Source of the DNA: Occultella glacieicola
Lineage (GTDB): Bacteria > Actinomycetota > Actinomycetes > Actinomycetales > Beutenbergiaceae
Direction: 5' to 3'
DNA: 64,000 bases
Assembly (NCBI RefSeq): GCF_004353825.1
Contig: NZ_SMNA01000005.1
Coordinates: 310,001-374,000 of the forward strand
Shown here piece after piece: positions 57,849 to 64,000 of this stretch. The notes under the pieces were generated by a model. The model ran no database searches. It had not been told where the DNA came from and saw nothing but the letters and a program-made list of their open reading frames with translations. How positions within the stretch are numbered: the stretch's first letter is position 1; each line of letters starts with the position of its first letter. The position numbers and the translations under genes are program-made.

Positions 57849-59504
57849 ATGCCTGATGGCCCCCTGATCGTTCAGTCCGACAAGTCCCTCCTGCTCGAGA
57901 TCGACCACGCGCTGGCCGGCCCGTGCCGCCGCGCCATCGCCCCGTTCGCCGAGCTCGAGCGCGCGCCCGAGCACATCCACACCTATCGGCTCACCCCGCT
58001 CGGCCTCTGGAACGCCCGCGCCGCCGGCCACGACGCCGAGCAGGTCATCAACACCCTGCTCGAGTACTCCCGCTACCCGGTGCCGCACAACCTGCTGGTC
58101 GACATCGCCGAGACGATGTCCCGGTACGGCCGGCTGCAGCTGACCTCCGACCCCGCGCACGGGCTGGTGCTCACCGCCACGGACGTCCCGGTGCTGGAGG
58201 AGGTGCTCAAGTCCAAGCGCACCGCCGGCCTGGTCGGCGCCCGCCTGGACGAGCGCTCGGTCGTGGTCCACCCCAGCGAACGCGGCCACCTCAAGCAGGT
58301 CCTGGTCAAGCTCGGCTGGCCCGCCGAGGACCTCGCCGGTTACGTCGACGGCGAGGCCCACGAGATCGGCCTCGACGAGGACGGCTGGTCGATGCGCACC
58401 TACCAGAACGAGGCCGTCGAGAGCTTCTGGCATGGCGGCTCCGGTGTGGTGGTGCTGCCCTGCGGTGCCGGCAAGACGATCGTCGGCGCCGGGGCGATGG
58501 CGCAGTCCGGCACGACCACCCTGATCCTGGTCACGAACACCGTGAGCGCCCGGCAGTGGCGCGACGAGCTGGTCAAGCGCACCACCCTGACCGAGGACGA
58601 GATCGGCGAGTACTCCGGCTCCCGCAAGGAGGTCAAGCCGGTCACGATCGCGACCTACCAGGTGCTGACCACCCGCCGCAAGGGCGTCTACACCCACCTG
58701 GAGCTGCTCGACGCCCGCGACTGGGGCCTGATCCTCTACGACGAGGTGCACCTGCTGCCGGCGCCGATCTTCCGGATGACGGCGGACCTGCAGGCCCGCC
58801 GCCGGCTCGGCCTGACCGCTACCCTGGTCCGCGAGGACGGCCGCGAGGACGAGGTGTTCTCCCTGATCGGGCCGAAGCGCTACGACGCCCCGTGGAAGGA
58901 CATCGAGGCGCAGGGCTACATCGCCCCGGCCGAGTGCATCGAGGTCCGCCTGGACATGCCGCACCACGCCCGGATGGCCTACGCGGTCGCCGAACCGGAG
59001 GACCGCTACCGGATGGCGGCGACGGCGAAGGGCAAGCTGGACGTGGTCCGCCAGTTGGTCGCCAAGCACGACGGCGAGCAGATCCTGATCATCGGCCAGT
59101 ACCTCGACCAGCTCGAGGAGCTGGGCGAGAAGGTCGGCGCGCCGGTGATCACCGGCGCCACCACCGTGCCGGAGCGGCAACGTCTGTTCGCGGCATTCCG
59201 CACCGGGGAGATCACCACGCTCGTGGTCAGCAAGGTCGCGAATTTCTCGATCGACCTGCCCGAGGCCGCGGTGGCGATCCAGGTGTCCGGGTCGTTCGGG
59301 TCCCGGCAGGAGGAGGCCCAGCGGCTCGGCCGGGTGATGCGACCGAAGGCGGACGGGCGCACGGCCCACTTCTACGCCGTGGTCACGCGGGACACGGTGG
59401 ACCAGGAGTTCGCCGCGCACCGGCAGCGCTTCCTCGCCGAGCAGGGCTACGCCTACACGATCATCGACGCCGAGGACCTGGCCACAGTGGAGGACGCCGG
59501 CTGA
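57849..59504 (+). CDS. DNA repair helicase XPB
   Basis: GPLIVQSDK, LPCGAGKT, DEVH, LGLTATL, QRLGR. Confidence 0.95.
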   Translation: MPDGPLIVQSDKSLLLEIDHALAGPCRRAIAPFAELERAPEHIHTYRLTPLGLWNARAAGHDAEQVINTLLEYSRYPVPHNLLVDIAETMSRYGRLQLTSDPAHGLVLTATDVPVLEEVLKSKRTAGLVGARLDERSVVVHPSERGHLKQVLVKLGWPAEDLAGYVDGEAHEIGLDEDGWSMRTYQNEAVESFWHGGSGVVVLPCGAGKTIVGAGAMAQSGTTTLILVTNTVSARQWRDELVKRTTLTEDEIGEYSGSRKEVKPVTIATYQVLTTRRKGVYTHLELLDARDWGLILYDEVHLLPAPIFRMTADLQARRRLGLTATLVREDGREDEVFSLIGPKRYDAPWKDIEAQGYIAPAECIEVRLDMPHHARMAYAVAEPEDRYRMAATAKGKLDVVRQLVAKHDGEQILIIGQYLDQLEELGEKVGAPVITGATTVPERQRLFAAFRTGEITTLVVSKVANFSIDLPEAAVAIQVSGSFGSRQEEAQRLGRVMRPKADGRTAHFYAVVTRDTVDQEFAAHRQRFLAEQGYAYTIIDAEDLATVEDAG

Positions 59505-59540
59505 CGCGACCGGGCGGCACCCCTGGGGTGGACCCGGACC

Positions 59541-61022
59541 TCACCCGATCAGGTCACGCACCCACGCGAACTCCGTGATCGGCGTCCGTCCGGGTACCAG
59601 TCCCCCGTCGAGGACGTACCCTTCCTCGCGGTCCGTCAATGCCTCCACGAGCCGCGCCCGCCAGATTGCCACCTCACCGGCACGGGTCGGGTCGGCAGCG
59701 AGGTTGCGGGTCTCCTGCGGGTCCTCGACCAGGTCGAAGAACTGCTCGAGGCCCTCGCCGGAGAGCCACACATACTTGCGGCGCCCGTCGGTGAGCCACT
59801 GCAGCGACTGCTTGAGCAGGGTGTGTTCGCCGTGCAGCACCTCCCGCCACGGCGGGGCGGAATCAGGTTCGAGCAACGGCACCAGGCTGCGACCGTCCAC
59901 CGAGTCGGGCACCGGTGCGCCGGCGAGGTCGAGCAGCGTCGGCATGATGTCCCGCAACTCGACCACCTCGTCCCGCACCACGCCACCCGGGTGCCGCGGC
60001 GAGGAGATCAGCATCGGGATCCCGGCGGAGCCCTGGTACGGGAAACCCTTGCGGTACAGGTCGTGGTCACCCATCATCTCGCCGTGATCGGAGACGAACA
60101 CGATCGTGGTGTCCCGGGCCAGGCCGTGCTCGCCCAGGGCCTCCAGGAACCTGTTGATCTGGACGTCGATATGCGCCATGTGGCCGTAGTACCCGGCCCT
60201 CGCGCGGTGATGCGTGACCGGATCCATCCGACCGACGAACGCGTCGTGGACGCCGTCGGTGCGGAACGCCTCGAGGTCGCCCGTCCAGTCCCCGACCACC
60301 GGCTCGGTGGGCTCGGCCGCGAGGTACTGCTCGAATGCCCACGACGGCGGGTCGTATGGCGGGTGCGGGCGGTGGAAGGACATGTAGAGGAAGAAGGGCA
60401 CGGTCGGGTCGCGCCGGTCCAGCCAGTCCAGCGACTCCGAGACGACCCAGTTCGTCGGGTGCAGGTGTTCGGCCTTGTCCCACGGCCGGGCAACGACGGA
60501 GTTGCAGTTCAGCCCGGTCTCGGTGTAGTCCGCCGCGGCCTGCCCGTCCTGACGGTGCAGCCAGGTCAGGTAGTCGTCCGCCGGCGCGGGACCGTTCGCG
60601 CCCCGACGCCGGGCGTGGTGCAGGTACCCGTCGTGAAGACGGACGTCGTCGAAGCCGGCGCGGGACCGCTCGGGGTAGACGTGCATCTTCCCGATCGCCT
60701 GGGTCTGGTACCCGGCGCGGGAGAGTTCTCCGGCGAGGGTGACCGGATGCGCGCGGTGGAAGGGCACCCCGTCCCGGTAGCCGACCCGACCGTGCCGCTC
60801 CTGGGACTGCCCGGTGAACAGGGCGGCCCGCGCGGGCGTACAGGTGGGGGTCGCCGAGTACGCGCTGGTGAACCTGGTGCCCGAGCGTGCGAGGGCATCC
60901 AGATGCGGGGTTCGCACCACCGGATGGCCTGCCACGGACAGGGCGTCCCCGCGCCACTGGTCCACGCAGATCAGAACGATGTTGCCCGGTCCCACGGCCC
61001 CGTCGGCCATTCTGTCGGTCAT
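59541..61022 (-). CDS. Cys-type sulfatase (paralogue of 55533-57008)
   Basis: DQWRGD, SATPTCTPARAALFTG, GKMHVYPER, SDHGEMMGDH. Confidence 0.92.
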   Translation of the reverse strand: MTDRMADGAVGPGNIVLICVDQWRGDALSVAGHPVVRTPHLDALARSGTRFTSAYSATPTCTPARAALFTGQSQERHGRVGYRDGVPFHRAHPVTLAGELSRAGYQTQAIGKMHVYPERSRAGFDDVRLHDGYLHHARRRGANGPAPADDYLTWLHRQDGQAAADYTETGLNCNSVVARPWDKAEHLHPTNWVVSESLDWLDRRDPTVPFFLYMSFHRPHPPYDPPSWAFEQYLAAEPTEPVVGDWTGDLEAFRTDGVHDAFVGRMDPVTHHRARAGYYGHMAHIDVQINRFLEALGEHGLARDTTIVFVSDHGEMMGDHDLYRKGFPYQGSAGIPMLISSPRHPGGVVRDEVVELRDIMPTLLDLAGAPVPDSVDGRSLVPLLEPDSAPPWREVLHGEHTLLKQSLQWLTDGRRKYVWLSGEGLEQFFDLVEDPQETRNLAADPTRAGEVAIWRARLVEALTDREEGYVLDGGLVPGRTPITEFAWVRDLIG

Positions 61023-61263
61023 CAATACCCCTCCGGTCCACGACCCTAGTGCCGGGACGTCGCCCTTCGGCCGGTGTCCTGCAGGAGACTGCGGTAGATA
61101 GCCTGTGACTCGGCGGACGGGTCGACCCCCAGATCGACTCGCCGGCCCACGCACGTCGTCGGTGTCGCGACTGCGTCTCGTCCGCAACGCCGCGCTCGTG
61201 GACCTGCTGAACCCGAAGACGGCCCGCACGTACGTTCCCGTGACCCCGTGACGCCGACAAGCC

Positions 61264-61716
61264 TCACCCGGCCTGGCTGGCGGCCTGGTTCGCCCGGGAC
61301 CGCATCAGAAACGCGATCCAGAGCAGGAAGACGGCGTCGGTGACCGGTACGTCATCGGTGACGTCCAGCGTCGGCTTGACCGACCAGAACCCGCCGACGC
61401 CGCTGGACCCGATCGGCCGCCCGTCTCGGGTCACCACGTAGTTGCGCCGGAACGCCCCCTCGGGTGCGATCTCGTATCTGGTGGTGGGGCCGATGGCGAT
61501 CACCCAGTTCTGGCGCCAGAAGCTCGGCCGGGCGGCTCGGCACCGCGGCGCCGGCTCCCCCACGATGGTGCCGGTCCGCTCGGAGCCGTCCTTGCCGAAC
61601 TCCCAGGGCACGCCTTCGATGACGACGCTCGCGCGCTCGGACCAGAACGACCGGTCCACGTCCGCCACGACGCGCTGATCCAGCAGGACGTGGTCGCTGT
61701 CCCAAGTTGCCCGCAT
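61264..61716 (-). CDS. Hypothetical protein
   Basis: 150-aa ORF, beta-rich with a C-terminal hydrophobic helix. Confidence 0.6.
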   Translation of the reverse strand: MRATWDSDHVLLDQRVVADVDRSFWSERASVVIEGVPWEFGKDGSERTGTIVGEPAPRCRAARPSFWRQNWVIAIGPTTRYEIAPEGAFRRNYVVTRDGRPIGSSGVGGFWSVKPTLDVTDDVPVTDAVFLLWIAFLMRSRANQAASQAG

Positions 61717-61819
61717 CGCTTCACCCTGGCATGCCGGCGCCGGCGAGCCAACCCGATTCCCGCCCCGGGGCCGACGACACGGCAGACTTGGCCCGGTCCA
61801 CCTCGGAGGGAAGGCATCC

Positions 61820-62503
61820 ATGACCCACCCCATGCTCGAACCGCTGCGCGGCGGCCTGATCGTCTCCTGCCAGGCCTACCCCGGCGAGCCGATGCGGCAC
61901 CCGGAGACGATGGCACAGGTCGCCGCAGCCGTGGTCGACGGCGGCGCGGTCGCCGTGCGGGCTCAGGGCCTGGCCGACGTGCAGCTGGTGGCCGGCCGCG
62001 TGGACGTGCCGGTGATCGGCATCTGGAAGGACGGCGATGACGGCGTGTTCATCAGCCCGACGCTGCGGCACTGCCGGGCGGTCCTCGCCGCCGGTGCGGA
62101 CATCCTCGCCCTCGACGGCACGGTGCGGCCCCGCCCGGACGGCCTGAGTTTCGCCGAGACGGTGCGGCGGGTCCGGGAGGAGTCCGACGCCCCGATCATG
62201 GCCGACTGTGACACCCTCGCCGCTGCGGTGGCCGCGGCCGAGGGGGGCGCCGACATCATCGGGACCACCCTTGCGGGGTACACCGACGCCCGGCCGCGTA
62301 CCGACGGACCGGACCTGAACCTGCTCGCGGAGGTGGTGCAGGCGCTGCCCGGGGTTGCCGTGGTGGCCGAGGGTCGGATCCACACCCCCGCGCAGGCCAG
62401 GGCTGCGGCCGACGCGGGGGCGTTCGCGGTGGTGGTCGGCACCGCGATCACCCACCCTGCCACGATCACCGGCTGGTTCGACGGGGCGCTGCGCGCCCGA
62501 TGA
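61820..62503 (+). CDS. nanE: N-acetylmannosamine-6-phosphate 2-epimerase
   Basis: LIVSCQA, PVIGIWK, MADC, GTTLAGYT, AEGRIHTP, VVGTAIT. Confidence 0.93.
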   Translation: MTHPMLEPLRGGLIVSCQAYPGEPMRHPETMAQVAAAVVDGGAVAVRAQGLADVQLVAGRVDVPVIGIWKDGDDGVFISPTLRHCRAVLAAGADILALDGTVRPRPDGLSFAETVRRVREESDAPIMADCDTLAAAVAAAEGGADIIGTTLAGYTDARPRTDGPDLNLLAEVVQALPGVAVVAEGRIHTPAQARAAADAGAFAVVVGTAITHPATITGWFDGALRAR

Positions 62504-62686
62504 CCAGCGCCGCACGACGACCCAGCGACGGCGGTGGAGGTCGTGGTCCCTCGGGGGGCACCCTGGGCGAACCCGGACTCACCTCAGGGTCGGATCGGGG
62601 GAGATCCCCCATGACGCCAGGCGGCCCCGGCTGAGAGGGTGGTGGTGGCCCGCTGGAGGGGCGGGCCACCAACTTCGGAGGAACCA

Positions 62687-63397
62687 ATGCACCGCTCGCG
62701 CGTCGCCATCGTCACCGCTGTCGCAGGCCTGTCCCTGGCGCTGGCCGGATGCACCTCGTCGGGCCCCCGGGTCACCGAGGAACGGGACGTCGACGCCGAT
62801 ACCCGCGCTGTCGAGGTCGAGGGCAGCGGGGACCTCTACCTGGAGGTCGGCGACACCCCGGAACTCCTGGTCACGGCCCACGAGCGCACGCTGGAGGACA
62901 TCCGCACCGAGAACCGCGACGGCGTGCTCGTCCTCAGTAACGAGGGCGGCTTCGCGTTCTTCGGCAACCGGGGCCAACTCGACTACGAGGTGACCCTGCC
63001 CGCGGTCGAGGCACTCAGCATCTCCGGCGCCGGCGCGATCGACGGCGAGATCGCCCCGGGTGAGTCCCTCACCCTGGACATCCGCGGCGCCGGCGACGTC
63101 CGGATCGAGGGCGTGGACGTGGTGGACCTGACCGTCACCGTCTCGGGCGCCGGCAGCGTGGAACTCCTCGGCACGGCCGTGAACCAGAGCGTCACGATCG
63201 CCGGCGCCGGCGACTACGTGGGCGGGGAACTCGAGTCCGAGCACGCCGTCGCGACGGTCTCCGGCGCCGGCAGCATGGACGTCTGGGTGACCGGCACTCT
63301 GGACGCGACGGTCTCCGGCGCCGGGGACATCACCCACACCGGCGGCGCCGAGGTGACCGAGGAGATCAACGGCGCCGGTTCGATCTCGGGCGACTGA
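62687..63397 (+). CDS. Lipoprotein with head GIN (DUF2807) beta-helix repeats
   Basis: GGAGG RBS, lipobox LAGC, repeated (I/V)SGAG units. Confidence 0.85.
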   Translation: MHRSRVAIVTAVAGLSLALAGCTSSGPRVTEERDVDADTRAVEVEGSGDLYLEVGDTPELLVTAHERTLEDIRTENRDGVLVLSNEGGFAFFGNRGQLDYEVTLPAVEALSISGAGAIDGEIAPGESLTLDIRGAGDVRIEGVDVVDLTVTVSGAGSVELLGTAVNQSVTIAGAGDYVGGELESEHAVATVSGAGSMDVWVTGTLDATVSGAGDITHTGGAEVTEEINGAGSISGD

Positions 63398-63455
63398 CCC
63401 GAGCCTCCGGTCGTCATGCAGCACCCCCGGCCCTCAGGCAGGACCTCCCGCAGTC

Positions 63456-63516
63456 AGGCAGCGCCTCCCGCCCGAGGAAGGCTCGTGGATCCTCCTCCTG
63501 CGGGAGGGTGCTGCCT
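63456..63516. terminator. Long imperfect hairpin between convergent genes
   Basis: AGGCAGCGCCTCCCGC...GCGGGAGGGTGCTGCCT. Confidence 0.5.
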
Positions 63517-63541
63517 CGGTCCGGGGCCGGACCCGTTCTGC

Positions 63542-64000
63542 TCAGGCGACGCGGTCGCGGGCGCCGAGCACCTGGGCCACGAAGCCCTCGGCGATCTCCT
63601 GGGCCAGCGTCGGCAGGTCGTCGGCCGACGCGGCCAGCCCGGCCGCGAGCGCCTCGAGGTCGGTGTCCGGGTGCCGGGAGGCCCACTCATGCATGAGGTC
63701 CGGGCCCGCCTCGGGGTGGAACTGGACGCCGAGGGCGCTGCCGAGCCGGAACGCCTGGAACGGGTACGTCGCCGAGCTCGCGAGCCACACCGCCCCGTCC
63801 GGCAGCGAGGTGATCGCGTCGTCGTGCATGGACGGCGCCGGCACGGTGCGGCCGAGGGCCGTGACCACCCCGCCGAGGACCGGGTCCGCGGCGGCGTCCG
63901 GGCGCATCCGGACCTCGATGATCCCGCGCTCGGGCCCGCTGGGAGCGTTCACGCTGACCTGGCCGCCACCGGCGACCGCGAGCACCTGGGCGCCGAGGCA
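63542..64000 (-). CDS. Class I glutamine amidotransferase, C-terminal part (5' truncated by window)
   Basis: CLGAQVLAVAGGG, HDDAI, GVQFHPE. Confidence 0.88.
   Translation of the reverse strand, partial: CLGAQVLAVAGGGQVSVNAPSGPERGIIEVRMRPDAAADPVLGGVVTALGRTVPAPSMHDDAITSLPDGAVWLASSATYPFQAFRLGSALGVQFHPEAGPDLMHEWASRHPDTDLEALAAGLAASADDLPTLAQEIAEGFVAQVLGARDRVA

Noticed and set aside
63021..63390. Repeated TCCGGCGCCGG segments as DNA repeats
   Set aside because: They encode the SGAG turns of the GIN beta-helix domain

Overview
Very GC-rich actinobacterial DNA (gene content suggests Micrococcales; this is inference). A conserved core backbone (NCS2 permease, DUF2530, DUF3027, CspB-like cold-shock protein, XPB-associated helicase-binding protein, XPB helicase) is interleaved with two large accessory blocks at about 2.2-21.3 kb and 25.6-57.8 kb. 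These carry: a methyltransferase / hydrolase-glycosyltransferase operon with a divergent large LuxR-ATPase regulator; an exopolysaccharide-signalling module (frameshifted wecB, ugd, receiver, GT2 fused to a His-less Hpt-like domain, sensor kinase); an ECF41 sigma unit with its predicted promoter; an uncharacterised OPT/AroM/DUF1177/racemase/peptidase cluster; and a LacI-controlled PhoD/GH20/ABC/sulfatase cluster. Two observations stand out. First, two divergent AbiEi/DUF559-type nuclease-fold genes are each bracketed by 2+2 locus-specific ~40-bp palindromes and share an identical 12-bp motif about 50 nt upstream of their starts, a REPtron-like layout without a RAYT transposase. Second, a 93-aa secreted precursor consists of six tandem xGWGDELI(R) units. 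No tRNA, rRNA, CRISPR array, integrase or IS transposase was recognised. All calls come from reading sequence and motifs by eye; no database search was run.
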